From positions 21,390,001 to 21,454,000 of the forward strand of contig NC_043017.1 in assembly GCF_006345805.1 (NCBI RefSeq): a DNA stretch of 64,000 bases, given 5' to 3'. This DNA is from Octopus sinensis. Lineage: Eukaryota. The notes under the pieces are model-generated. The model saw only the letters and a list, made by a program, of their open reading frames with translations, was not told where the DNA came from and ran no database searches. Position numbers and translations under genes: made by a program. Positions 1 through 12,503 of the stretch are shown here, one piece after another; position 1 is the stretch's first letter; every line of letters starts with the position of its first letter.

Positions 1-84
1 TCAGATTAGTAAATTCCTCATTGTTTTCCAAATTTATTGAAATAAAGGCAGTGAATTTCAATGGCAATAATATAACGAAGTAGT

Positions 85-660
85 TAACCCTTTTGTTACC
101 GTATTTATGTTGAAATATTCTTTGTTTTAATTAACTTTGAAAATAATGAAGAATTTATTGAAATAATTTTGTTATTATTAATCTAGTATCTGGAATACTA
201 ATTCTTTTATTCTTTTATTTGATTCAGTCATTTGACTGTGGCCATGCTGGAGTATCACATTGAGGGGTTTTAGTAGAACAAATCGACTCCAGGACTTTTT
301 TAAGTCTAGAATTTATTCTATTAGGCTCTTTTGCAGAACTGTTAAGTTACAGGGATGTAAACACACCAACACTGGTTGTCAAGCAGTGATGGGGGGGGGG
401 GACAAACACACATACACACATGCACACACAACATGCTTCGTTCAGTTTCCATCTACCAAATCCACTTGCATGGCGTTGGTCGGCCCAATGCTATAGTAGT
501 AAACACTTGCCCAAGATGCCATGCATTGGGATTGAACCCAGAACCATGTAGTTGGGAAGCATGAAATTGAGAAGCAAGAAATTTTGATGGAAGTTTTAAT
601 TTAGAATACTTTAAAACAATGAATTTCTATCAGAGAATCAGAAGCAGTTTGAGGCAGGAC
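85..660. mobile_element. piggyBac-like MITE, decayed, interrupted by a SINE
   Basis: Starts TTAA-CCCTTTTGTTAC. Body is similar to the TTAA/CCCTTT MITEs at 27.5 kb and 62-63 kb. Confidence 0.55.
205..560 (-). mobile_element. tRNA-derived SINE family A, decayed
   Basis: Colinear with the well-preserved copies at 17302-17713 and 62043-62467. Confidence 0.8.
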
Positions 661-1803
661 GGTATCAAAATATTTAAAGTGAGAGATTTTAAGCAAAATC
701 TTCTCTTCCATTTAGAGAATGGCAAACATTTGAACCAGACTTTCCGTTTCCCTGCTTGCCAACTTCTAATTTTATTAATTCTTTTGATACCAACTTCCTG
801 GAACTTCCACTAGTTTTATGATAGAAATTTCCTGTTTTAAAACGATCTAAATGAATAAATTCCATCAAACTTTTCATGTTAATTTATGTTCCAAAAACCA
901 GATTAAACAGAGTTATTTTACTAAATTCTTCATTATTTTAAAAATTAATTGAAACAACAGCAGCACATTTCAAAAGAAAAATGGTAACAAAAGGGTGAAA
1001 GACTCTTGCCATAATAATAAGAATTTCCAGACTCATGTTTTATCTTCGATGTTCCTGGTGGTGATGGTGGCGGTGATGGCGGTGGTGGTTTTGGGAATGA
1101 AGAATTATGCCAAATGATATTCCAAGAGAAAATCAATGAAATTATCATCGCATTTCCAGCATTCTAAAAGACAGCTACAGAACATAGCATTGTTCTGCAG
1201 CAGACATGCACCGGCTTGAAATAACTCCAGACCAATGTACTTAATCAACCTCTCCTATTGATACACTTCATTTTACATACAGACATATGTATATACACGT
1301 ATGTACGCATGTGAATACATATGTATAATATTTCCTTCATTTTCTTGCATGAGCTGCCTTTATCCCTATCTCTATCATTTTTGCATGTATTTGCATTACA
1401 CATATATATACACTCATATGCATATGTATATATTATGTATATATGTATAGGAGTATATTTATGTGTGTCTGTCTGTCTGTCTCTCCCTCTCTCTCTTTAT
1501 ATATATATATATATACAAATATAAGAGAGGACACTCTTGCACTAAAAATAGATCCGCAATGGTCTCAACCACCAAGAATTGTTCCCAGGAGAATGCTAAT
1601 TCTCCTTGGGAACAATTCTTGGTGGTTGAGACCATTGCGGATCTATTTTTAGCACAAGAGCATCCACATAGTGGACCCTCTCTTATATTTGTGTACTAAT
1701 TTTTACTGTATCCCAGTTTTTATGTGCTAAACCACTTGGTGTTAACTTGATGTTATTAAATTAATATCCAATTTTTTCACCCTTATTTTTGATATATATA
1801 TAT

Positions 1804-1884
<81 letters not shown>

Positions 1885-1891
1885 GTATATA

Positions 1892-2771
1892 CATACAAGA
1901 TGCGATGGGTAAAATGTCACCATTTTATATCTTTGATTTCGTGTTTGTGCATTGTTTGTTTTTGATTTTCTCAACTACACAGAATAGTAGGGTCAGTTGG
2001 GCACCGTCTGTGAGATAAACAGCAATGTGACACAATTCACCCTGCCAGAAATTTAGAAACAACATGCTGTACTGCTTGGCATTCACATTGGAGGCTCCAA
2101 TATGAATATTTCTGAACCTTTGGGTGTCCATCAGAGGACAGTGTAATCTGAGGACATGTACTGAGAGTGATAAAAATCAAACATCCAGTCAACATCATGG
2201 TGTTTGCAGTGATCACTAGTGATGGCAATGTTATGCCTCCATTCATCTTCCCACACAGTCTAACACTCAACACGGCTGCTTACATCAAGTGCCCGGAGAA
2301 GGTAGTGCTGCCCTGGGTCAAGAGGGTGGCTGCTGGAAGACCCTATGTCTGGCAACAGGACTCTGCACCAAGCCACACAAGCAGGAGAACCCAGTCATGA
2401 CTGTCAGACAATTTCAGCAACCACATCATCCCTAACATCTGGCCACCTAATTCTCCAGACTGCAACCCTCTTCATTATTATGTGTGGGGCACAGTTGAGC
2501 AAGAGACCAATAAAATTCCTTGTAACAACCAAAAATGAACTGAAGGCATGGATTATAGCAGTATTCACCAACTGAAACAAAGAGACCCTCCAGAAGAGTT
2601 GCAGGAGATTTCAAAGTCGTCTAGAGGCTGTGGTTGAAGCCAATGACGATTTTATTGAATAAATTTACTCTTTAGTATTTCAAGATATTTTTATGTAATT
2701 TTGGTAATTATATCTGTTAAAATGAGATGTCAGTGTTATTTTCATTTTTGCATAATACAGACGCACCCGGT
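1892..2771 (+). mobile_element. Internally deleted Tc1/mariner-superfamily transposon, DD37D (maT-like)
   Basis: TA-flanked decayed termini, an N-terminal HTH-like remnant at about 2025-2145, and a C-terminal transposase remnant. Confidence 0.75.
2155..2661 (+). pseudogene. DD37D transposase remnant
   Basis: Reads MVFAVITSDG...YVWQQDSAPSHTSRRTQS*LSDNF...WPPNSPDCNPL(H)YYVWG...RRFQSRLEAVVEANDDFIE*. There are 37 residues between QQD and the third acidic position (D mutated to H). Stops and a frameshift are present. Confidence 0.88.
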
Positions 2772-2802
<31 letters not shown>

Positions 2803-2864
2803 TAACTATCTGTTATATGCAACAGAAGCAGTTATTTATATTAAGTAGAATAAGTAGATGACTA

Positions 2865-3455
2865 TATATGCATACACACACACACACACCCATATATATA
2901 TGTGTATGTATGTATATGCATAGAAACCGACACATATACATACACATAGACACATACACGCACATACACATACATACACACATAAACACACACACATATG
3001 CACAAATATGCATACAGACACACAAACACATACATGCACACACAAACACACACACATATATACACACACATAAACACACACGCATATATACACACACAAA
3101 CACACACACATATATACACACACAAACACACACACACATATATACACACACAAACACACATATATACACACACAAACACATACACATATATACACACACA
3201 AACACACACACACATATATACACACACAAACACACACACATATATACACACACAAACACACACACATATATACACACACAAACACACACACATATATACA
3301 CACACAAACACACATATATACACACACAAACACATACACATATATACACACACAAACACACACACATATATACACACACAAACACACACACATATATACA
3401 CACACAAACACACGCAAACACACATACACACACATACACATAAACACACACACAT
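2865..3455. repeat. Compound (CA)/(TA) minisatellite, unit like CATATATACACACACAAACACACA
   Basis: Directly visible tandem units of about 22-28 bp. Confidence 0.9.
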
Positions 3456-3981
3456 CCTCTTCCATCATTGCTTAAGGCTCCGCCACACCGTAACTCTTAA
3501 TCTTCATTAGCTGTGCTTATTCACTTCTTGCCTCTTCCATCTCTCGACTGGCTGATTGACGGACTGGCTAACTGGCGGTGCTTTCTGGTAATTTCGGTCG
3601 GCTATAATTTAGTTCCTCAGTCTAGAATTAAGAAAATCCTGCGTCGTCAAGCATGAAGCATGAAGCAAACATTATCGATTCCAGTCTGTTGATAATTTAG
3701 GTTTTCTTAGAAACTGAACGGTCTGATGTCTTCTGTCACTTCCATTGCAGCACACATACATATACTTGTGTATACATACATATATATGTGTATATATGTG
3801 TGTGTGTGTGTATATGTATATATGTGTGTGTGTGTGTGTGTACACACACACAGAGGCACACATATATAAATGAAATATATATGAAATTATATATTTACAG
3901 ACATATATATGTATGTGTGTATATATTCACATGCATGTGTGCGTTAATATATATATATATTATATATATATACATATATAA

Positions 3982-4020
<39 letters not shown>

Positions 4021-4084
4021 TCACAGACACACACACACAGAGGCATGCATATATAAATGAAAAAATATAAATTTATATATTTAC

Positions 4085-4130
<46 letters not shown>

Positions 4131-4231
4131 ACATCCATGTATGTAAATGTATGTGCGTATATTATGTGTGTATGTATGTGTATATATTATATATATATAT
4201 ATACACATAGATTATGCAATATGTGCATATG

Positions 4232-4263
<32 letters not shown>

Positions 4264-4627
4264 ACCCACATGCACACACAAACATTTGGGGGATTTATGC
4301 ATCTGGGAATACCAGCACCAAGATTTCTATAAAATTGCTAAATAATAGAGAAATCTAAATACCTTGATTGACCATTCTAGATTCCCGTGAGCTCAATTGT
4401 CATCATTCTAATCACAGGGCATAAATCATTTACATATCGAGATCTTAATATAAACAGAGATTAAGTGTTAAAGCTGAAACCTGTCACAATATTTATTTAT
4501 ATATTAACGTGTCAACTGTGTTATGCCTCATAGAAATGCGCATGTTTTGATTCCAGCGTCAGTGTTTCATATACAGATCAGCACTCATGCTTGCCTGCTT
4601 CAGTTTAATTTGCACGTTGAGATGTAG

Positions 4628-5119
4628 GGGCAGGCGTAGCAGTGTGGTAAGTTTGTTTTCGCTGATGAAGCACATGGTCGTGGGTTCAGTTCCACTGCAT
4701 GGTGCCTTTGGCATGTGTATATGCGTGTTACTGTAGCCTCTGGTCAACCAAAGCCTTGTGAGTGGATTTGGTGCATAAAAACTGAAAAGGAGCCACTCAT
4801 GTGTGTGTGTGTGTGTGTCTTTGTGTATGTGTCTCTCTGCACTACCACTTGACAACCAATGTTGGTGTGTTTATGTCCCTGTAGCTTAGCAGTTCCGCAA
4901 AAGAGACCAATAGAGTAAGTACCAGGCTTTACAAAAAATGAGAGAAAAATAAATATAGGCACAGCATTGCTGTGTGTAAGAAGCTTGCTTCCAAACCACA
5001 TGGTTCCAGGTTCAGTCCCACTGTGTGGCACCTTGAGCAAGTGTCTTCTATTCTAGCTTCGGGCTGACCAAAGCTATGTGGGTGGATTTGGCAGGCGGAA
5101 ACTGAAAGAAGCCTGTCAG

Positions 5120-5166
<47 letters not shown>

Positions 5167-5376
5167 TGTGTGTGTGTGTGTATATATCGTTGTCCTCCCA
5201 CCATCGATTGACATCCAATGTTGGTGTGTTTATGTCCCCATGACTAAGAGGTTCAGCAAAAGAGAGCGATAGAATAAGTACTAGGCTTACTAAGAATAAG
5301 CCCTGGGCTCGATTTGTTCGACTAAAGGTGCTGCTCCTGCATGGCCACAATCAAATGACTGGAACAAGTAAAAGGT
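4628..5376 (+). mobile_element. Two tandem SINE A copies (4628-4929, 4957-5376)
   Basis: tRNA-like heads with box B GGTTCAGTYCC, an internal (TG)n tract, and the tail ending GACTGGAACAAGTAAAAG. Confidence 0.85.
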
Positions 5377-5927
5377 AAATGCTTATAGACCAATGCAGCC
5401 TTCAGGTTGATTGAATCCGGTGAAACCATCAAACGCATGCTAGGATAGAATAGAGACCTTAAATGCTGAGATGTGTGTGTGTGTATGTGTGTTCATATGT
5501 GTCTGTGTGTTTATGGGTGTGTGAGTGTGTTGTGTGTGTGTGTGTGTTGTGTGTGTGTATGTGTGTTGTGTGTTTGTGTGTGTATATCGTTGTCCTCCCA
5601 CCATCGATTGACATCCAATGTTGGTGTGTTTATGTCCCCATGACTAAGAGGTTCAGCAAAAGAGAGCGATAGAATAAGTACTAGGCTTACTAAGAATAAG
5701 CCCTGGGCTCGATTTGTTCGACTAAAGGTGCTGCTCCTGCATGGCCACAATCAAATGACTGGAACAAGTAAAAGGTAAATGCTTATAGACCAATGCAGCT
5801 TCAGGTTGATGAATCCGGTGAAACCATCAAACGCATGCTAGATAGAAATAGAGACCTTAAATGCTGAGATGTGTGTGTGTGTATGTGTGTTCATATGTGT
5901 CTGTGTGTTTATGGGTGTGTGAGTGTG
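5184..5927 (+). repeat. Near-identical tandem duplication of about 400 bp
   Basis: 5184-5528 recurs at 5585-5926, differing mainly by 1-nt indels. Confidence 0.9.
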
Positions 5928-6296
5928 TTTGTGTGTGTGTGTGTGTTTATGTGTGTGAGTGTGTTTGTGCGAGTGTTTATGTGTGTGTGAATGTGTGTTT
6001 GTGTGAGTTTTTTATGTGTGTGTGTTTTTTGTGCATCTGTGTTCGTGCGTCTGTGTATATTCGTGTGTATGTGTGTTTATGCATTTGCGTGTTTATGTGC
6101 ATGTGGGTGTTTTTGCATGTGTATGTGTTTTTGTGTGTATGCGTGTGTGTGTGCATTCTCACCTTGAAATCACAGAATAAAAGCAAACAAGCAACATTAC
6201 TTGGTGATATAATATAAAGAGAGGCCAAGCAGTGGTTTGCTGCTGCTACTGAGATGCAAACTAGAACTTGACCAACTCTGGCTGGGTCAACTAGAC

Positions 6297-6802
6297 CAGT
6301 GCTACTCAAAGGGTGGTCTGCAGACTGGCGCCAGTCCGTCAACCATCAGGCACCAGTACACAGTGAGTTTCCAGAAAAAAAGAAACGATAGCATAATTTC
6401 AGTAATTTCACCTTATGCACAGCAGTTGACTGGTGGAGCTTGGTACTCACCAACTTTTATTATATTCATTATAAGGCCAAGCTACTCCAGACTGATGAAG
6501 GGAATTTACCAGAAACTAGTGTCTGGCTGTTGGCTTTGTTGGGTGGAGGTGCTTATCTCCCCTGTTTGAAAACTTAAGGGCATAGAATGCTTGTGTTGCA
6601 TAGCCAACTAGAAACGGTGTTTGGGGGGCTAAATAGCAGTAGCATTCTTCCGTTTCCCGTGACTGCTACAGTATGTTGGCAACAAGCCACTGCTTCGTTA
6701 TATATATTGTTTCTGGTATAAATTAATACTGCTAAGAAATATTAATGGTCCCTGGTGGTGGGAACTGCTGGTATGCCACATCAGATAGTTTGAGAAACAC
6801 TG
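6297..6802. mobile_element. hAT (Charlie-like) non-autonomous element
   Basis: TIRs CAGTGCTACTCAAA / TTTGAGAAACACTG. 8-bp TSD AACTAGAC (6289-6296) / AACTAGAA (6803-6810). Confidence 0.8.
6473..6538 (+). ncRNA. Type I hammerhead ribozyme motif, cleavage triplet mutated (GUG)
   Basis: Stem I CCAGA/TCTGG extended by AAGGCCAA/TTGGCTTT. Core CTGATGA at 6492-6498, stem II GG/CC, GAAA, palindromic stem III ACTAGT. Confidence 0.7.
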
Positions 6803-7384
6803 AACTAGAAAACAGGATCTGATTCCGTAACAATGCAATGAGGCAGTCTAGTGCAACAGTGAGAAATATCTTAGAACCCCCTTTAGGAATAACATTTCTG
6901 GAATTGAAACAGCACTTGAGTTACAGAATGTTATTGGAAGTTTAGTAAATACATCATGATGATGTATGTTGCATGTTGCCAAGTGTTCAGAGAATAATGA
7001 TTTAGTGACAACATACTATGAAATCCATCAACTCAAAATTTATGTAAATTTATGGATTCTATCAGTTATAAACAATTTATGATTTATCATAAAAATATGA
7101 AACATCAGAAAGAAAATAACAAAAAAAAACAAAAACAAAAACAAAAAAAACAAAGAATGGTATAAATGGAAAACATTTCAACTTAAGTGTTTGGAACTGT
7201 TTACCATATATGTGAGGAAGAATTTCAATTTGATTTTATGATTCTTTCAATAATTTCTGCATTTGATATTGAAATTTATGACAAAATTGCTTGATATTTT
7301 TTTTTCAGGTGGGAGAGTGTATGTTTTTTTTTTCTTCAAGGATTGTTGATTTGATTGCATGCATAACAATATAACAATATGTTA

Positions 7385-7767
7385 GGAGAGGCAGGATCGT
7401 TAGCATGTAGGTGAAATGCTTAGCGGTATTTCGTCTGCGTTACGTTGTGAGTTCAAATTCCACCGAGGTCGACTTTGCGTTTCATCCTTTCGGGTCGATA
7501 AATTAAGTACCAGTTACGCACTGGGGTCGATGTAATCGACTTAATACCTATGTCTGTCCTTGTTTGTCCCCTCTATGTTTAGCCCCTTGTGGGTAATAAA
7601 GAAATAGGTATTTCATCTGCCGTTATGTTCTGAGTTCAAATTCCGCTGAGGTCGACTTTCCCTTTCATCCTCTTGGGGTCGATTAAATAAGTACCAGTTA
7701 TGCACTGGGGTTGATTTAATCGACTTAATCTCTTTGTCTGTCTTTGTTTTTCCTCTCTATGTTTAGA
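7385..7767 (+). mobile_element. tRNA-derived SINE family B, with internal tandem re-start
   Basis: Box B GAGTTCAAATTC and the conserved block GTCGACTTTGCCTTTCATCCTTTCGGGGTCGATAAA are present twice. Confidence 0.85.
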
Positions 7768-7769
7768 CT

Positions 7770-8100
7770 ATGATGGGCATAGTTTATTCCATGCTCCAAC
7801 AATTTTGAGCGTAAAAAAATGTTCCTGAAAGTTATAGATGTCGTGTTGATTTTTGATTCTGTAAGCATGTCCATGAGTGTTAGACGTATGGAATTCAAAA
7901 AGGTGCCCAAGGTTGTGGTTGGAAAGAGGGTGGATACTCTTGTGGGTGTCTACCAAGTCAGTTGCCACACATCTGAGCTTTAATGTGTCCATGCTGATGG
8001 CATTTAGTTTAATTAAATTAATTACTGGTTTGTTAACAGTGTGTTGTAGGAAGGTGATAAAAAATATATTGGGTTCAATACAAACAAAAACGTGTCCTTA
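7770..8100 (-). mobile_element. CR1-like LINE ORF2 C-terminal fragment
   Basis: Reads LKLRCVATDLVDTHK ... NTHGHAYRIK...HFFTLKIVGAWNKL, matching the CR1 C-terminal pattern TRGH..K...FF...V..WN.L. Confidence 0.75.
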
Positions 8101-8647
8101 GAGCAGAATGTTTCCCTGGTGTTGACATGTTTCACTGATTCAAACTAGTAAATGAAGAAGAAAACAATCCCATTCAATTACATGCACATGTAGCATACTG
8201 TTGCACATAAAATTGCATCAACAACTGTAGAGAAGTAAATCAGAAAAACTAGGTTATTTCCTGATTTCTCTCTCTTATTCTCTCTCTCTCTCTGCCTATC
8301 TCATTGCTTCTCTCTTTCTCTGTCAGTTTTCCTTTCTTTCCCATCTTCCTTCTCTTCTCTCTCTCTCTCTCTTATATATATATAATATATATATAAAAAC
8401 CAAGTATAATTAATAGCCATTACATATTCATCCTTTATAGGAGTAAATTGGCTTACAGCTGTTTCCAGGAGTCATTATAGATACGTTACGCTGCAATTGT
8501 TTTATAGATATATATATATATATGTAGTATGTTATATAATATATATATATATAATATATGTATGTATGTATATATATATATATATAGTATATATTATATA
8601 TATGTATGTATGTATATATCTATATATATATATATATATATAGTATG

Positions 8648-8686
<39 letters not shown>

Positions 8687-9177
8687 TATATATATAAACT
8701 TGCTAAACCAGATTAGAAACTGGTTGCAGCCTCCCGGCTTGCCAGTTCTCAGTCAAACCATCCAGCCCATGCCTGTATGGAAGGCAGACGTTAAATGCTG
8801 ATGATGATGATGATGAATAAGAAGAATAAAAAGGGATTAAAAGATCCAGGCAAATATCTCAGTTTTTAAATTGAATTTGGTTAATTATACCCAACAATCA
8901 AACACCAATAAATGCATGTAGAATACACATCCAAAGTAATTCCCTGTGTTTGACGAGTTGATTCAAATATCCTTTGGAAGAATTTTGGTAAATTCAAAGT
9001 ATTATGCAACAAAAACACGTGTATTGTGCTAACATGTATTTCTGGAGATATTAAGTTCAATGATATTTTTTGTATCTTAATATAGTTATAGAACAGAAAC
9101 AATTGTTGGCAGTGTAAGATGAATTCTATAATTAAAGAGATGAATTTCTCCATATATGTATTTTTGTTGTATATATA

Positions 9178-9720
9178 ATCATCAACATCATTTAATGTCA
9201 GGTTTCCATGCTGGTATGGGTCGGACAGTTTGACAGGAAGCTGATTAGCAGGGACCTCCCAGACACCAATTGTCTGTTGTGGCATGGTTTCTGTGGGTGC
9301 ATGCCTTCCTAACACCAACCACTTAACCGAGTGTGCTGGGTGCTTCTTATGTGCCACCAGCAGCACCAGCAATTTTTATGTGACACTGGCACAGGTGCCA
9401 TTTATGTGCCACTGACACCCGAAAGGACAAGCCTGTATGTTTGGAATACAGTGATTTTACTTAGCATGACGTATCCTCTCAAGTGTAGCAAACTGCCACA
9501 TCTTTCAATCCCTTGTCATTTCCACCATGAGGCCCAGCATCGGAAGATCTTTCTCACCACTTCATCCCACATCTCCTGGGTCTACCCCTTCAATAGGCAC
9601 CCTCCACACTTATAGCTCAGCACTTCTCTACACTGTTGGCCTCACCCATACACATCACCAGACCAAACCAGCACAGTATTCTCTCTTACACACAACACCT
9701 AATTCCTCTTATACCCATTG
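9178..9720 (-). mobile_element. RTE LINE 3' end (ORF end plus 3' UTR)
   Basis: Minus strand gives a GRPRRCGMK/W.EVVRKDL-like end and the UTR motif GTGGTTGGYGTTAGGAAGG. Ends in a (GAT)n tail. Confidence 0.75.
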
Positions 9721-9877
9721 TACACCCCACTTTAATTTCCCAGCGGAACCATAAACTAACCAATCTACTACAATGAAATCCACTCCCCAGCAGAATAATC
9801 AACTTAAGAACATAATATAATGTAAGACTAACAAAATTTGACTTTATTACCATTACCGATGTATTAATTTATTTTCC

Positions 9878-9928
9878 GCATTCTGAAGACGTTTACTAAA
9901 ACTAGTAAATTGAAACAATCGTAAATGC
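9878..9928 (+). ncRNA. Type I hammerhead ribozyme motif (Penelope-like type)
   Basis: Stem I GCATT/AATGC, core CTGAAGA, stem II TTTACTA-AAAC-TAGTAAA, GAAA, stem III AC(AATC)GT. GUA cleavage is predicted after 9923. Confidence 0.75.
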
Positions 9929-10103
9929 TACTTTCTTCTTTGTTAATTAATTAAATTAAAGACATACCAGTGAAAACAACAAATTTCTCGTTATTTACAT
10001 CCATTTTCTTCACGTATATATACTACTAATATACGATAAAATTTTTTCAGAAAAAAATTTCATCAAAAGTTGCAACATATTAAAATACCTATAAAGGCTA
10101 AAA

Positions 10104-10181
10104 TTATAAACAAGGGCAATATAAAAATTATTTCAATGTTAATTGACATTGCAATCATTTTTCTATTGCCCTTGTTTATAA
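10104..10181. repeat. Spacerless imperfect palindrome, 39-bp arms
   Basis: TTATAAACAAGGGCAATA...GTTAA|TTGAC...TATTGCCCTTGTTTATAA with 4 mismatches. Confidence 0.9.
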
Positions 10182-10186
10182 GTTAT

Positions 10187-10230
<44 letters not shown>

Positions 10231-10262
10231 CTTAAGTAATATTTTATAATTAGGGCTCAGCA

Positions 10263-11011
10263 ATTGTTGAGGGAACCTGTGGAAGAGGCAGACCCCGAAA
10301 ACCTGGGACGAGGTGGTGAAGCACGACCTTCGAACATTAGGTCTCACTGAGGAAATGACTAGAGACTGAGTCCTCTGGAAGTGTGCTGTGCGCGAGAAGA
10401 CCGGCAGGACAAGTGAGTCCCAACCCGTGGCCTTCTACATGGGATGGAGCCAGCCTACGTATGCATACCTTCCCTTCTTGGGACACAAAACTCTACTTGT
10501 GAAGACCTGTTGAGGCAAGTGAGGATCAGAATCGAAATCGATCAATGGAAATTGCAGATGTGTTACCAGTGCCAGTGGCATGTCGAAACTCTACTTTTGA
10601 AGACCCGTTGAGGCAAATGAGGATCAGAATGGAATCGATAATGGAAATTGCAGATGTGTTACCATTGCCGGTGGCATGTAAGAGAACCTTCCGTTCGCGA
10701 CCGTTGCCAGCCACCGCCCCCGTTTCGTGTCCGTTGCCAGCCTCGCCTGGCCCTCGTGCCGGTGGCACATAAAAAGCACCATCCGTTCGTGGCCGTTTGC
10801 CAGCTCTGTCTGGCACCTTGTGGGTGGCACGTAAAAAGCACCCACTACACACTCACGGAGTGGTTGGCGTTAGGAAGGGCATCCAGCCGTAGAAACACTG
10901 CCAGATTTGACTGGGCCTGAGAAGCCTTCTGGCTTCACACAGACCCCAGTTGACCGTCCAACCCATGCTGCATGGAAAACGGACGCTAAACGTGATGAAT
11001 GATGATGATGA

Positions 11012-11013
<2 letters not shown>
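10263..11013 (+). mobile_element. RTE LINE 3' end, relatively young
   Basis: GTCGRGRPRK/TWDEVVKHDLRTLGLTEEMTRD*VLWKCAVREKT, then a CpG-rich 3' UTR with internal TGCCGGTGGCACGTAAAAAGCACC repeats, a duplication of about 95 bp, and a (GAT)n tail. Confidence 0.88.
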
Positions 11014-11048
<35 letters not shown>

Positions 11049-11898
11049 TATATAATGATTAGAGTTGTGTAATCCTCATGAAGGGATGGTTTCATACCAA
11101 GAAATACTGGTTCAATACTATATTTTGGGGAATAAATTTCCTTAAAAAAGTTATATATAAAACATATAAAAGAAGAAAAAGAAAATGTAGATTTGGAAGT
11201 TAATAATTATTAGCTTCCAATTATTAACTTCATTTCCTCTTTCTTCTTTTATATATATATATATATAATATATGTACATACATACACACAATTATAAAAT
11301 TGCCTATGTAATAGTATGATATGGAGAACTCTGCAACTAACAGCTGTTATCAGTGCACAGAAACAATAGTTGTGATTTGTGATTAAAGTTTCGTCATTCT
11401 ATCTTTATGTTTTATAGATTTATGCACACACATACACATGTGCACGCAAATGTCCTCACACAAAGTGATATATGACAGAAATATCTAACACATAGCATCA
11501 AGTCAGAAACAACACAGCTCCATGACTTCGGAAACATTTTCTCCATCACCTCAGAGTTGCTGAAGCATGGAAATAACTACCTGCGTCATTTGTTGACTGC
11601 CATGACACTGCATCCTTTAAGGCCCTCATGCTTTTCTTCCGAAATCCGGCAAAACTACACCTGATTATATATACACACTTTAGATGAGTTTATGTGCACC
11701 TGAGCACTGTAACACAATTTATTATTATTATTATTATTTATTCCAAAGACCAGTGTAGAATCAGCATAAAAGTGTGATATAAAAAAAATTACACATCCAG
11801 TATACAACCAGTATACATACACACACACATATACACACATACATATATGTACATACACATACGAACACACATACATGCACATATACATACATACATGT

Positions 11899-11944
<46 letters not shown>

Positions 11945-12317
11945 ATATACATATATATATATATTATATTATATATATATATTATATACATATATATATA
12001 TATATCTGGTTTAAATATATATGTATCCAGCATAAATCAATCATGAGCAGAAATAAATCCAAAAGCCAAAAAGGCAAAAAAGAAAAAAAAGGAAAAAGAA
12101 AAAAATATGTAACAGAAAGCACAAGAAAAGAAGAGGAACAAAATATAAAACAAAACAAAGCAAAACAACTAATAAGATTATAAAATGGAAGTATTACGTT
12201 GTGAATGAAATGAGGGGAGAAGATATCAATGGTCTGGGCAATTACGTAACCATATTGTTTTAGTATTCATATTCAATTCTAATCATGTTCCATCAGACAA
12301 AAAAGAAATGATTAATA

Positions 12318-12319
12318 AC

Positions 12320-12352
<33 letters not shown>

Positions 12353-12465
12353 AATGATGATGATGACGATGACGATGATGATGATGATGATTATGATGAT
12401 AATGATGATGATGATGATGATGATTATAATGATGAATGGTGATGATGATGATGACGATGATGATA

Positions 12466-12503
<38 letters not shown>

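Noticed and set aside
1031-1167. Possible exon after TTCCAG with a Gly-rich reading frame
   Set aside because: No recognisable domain, the GGT repeat explains the composition, and there are no partner exons.
6626-6652. GGCTAAATAGCAGT resembling the pistol ribozyme linker
   Set aside because: The pistol pseudoknot and the remaining conserved nucleotides were not found.
8395-8510. Minus-strand GAAACAGCTGTA-AGCC, resembling the 3' half of a hammerhead with palindromic stem III
   Set aside because: No CUGANGA or matching stem I is present before the TA tract. At most a truncated relic.
11065-11120. CTCATGAAGGGATG-GTTT-CATACC-AAGAAATACTGGTTC, an HHR-like arrangement
   Set aside because: The core is mutated, and stems I and III do not pair convincingly.
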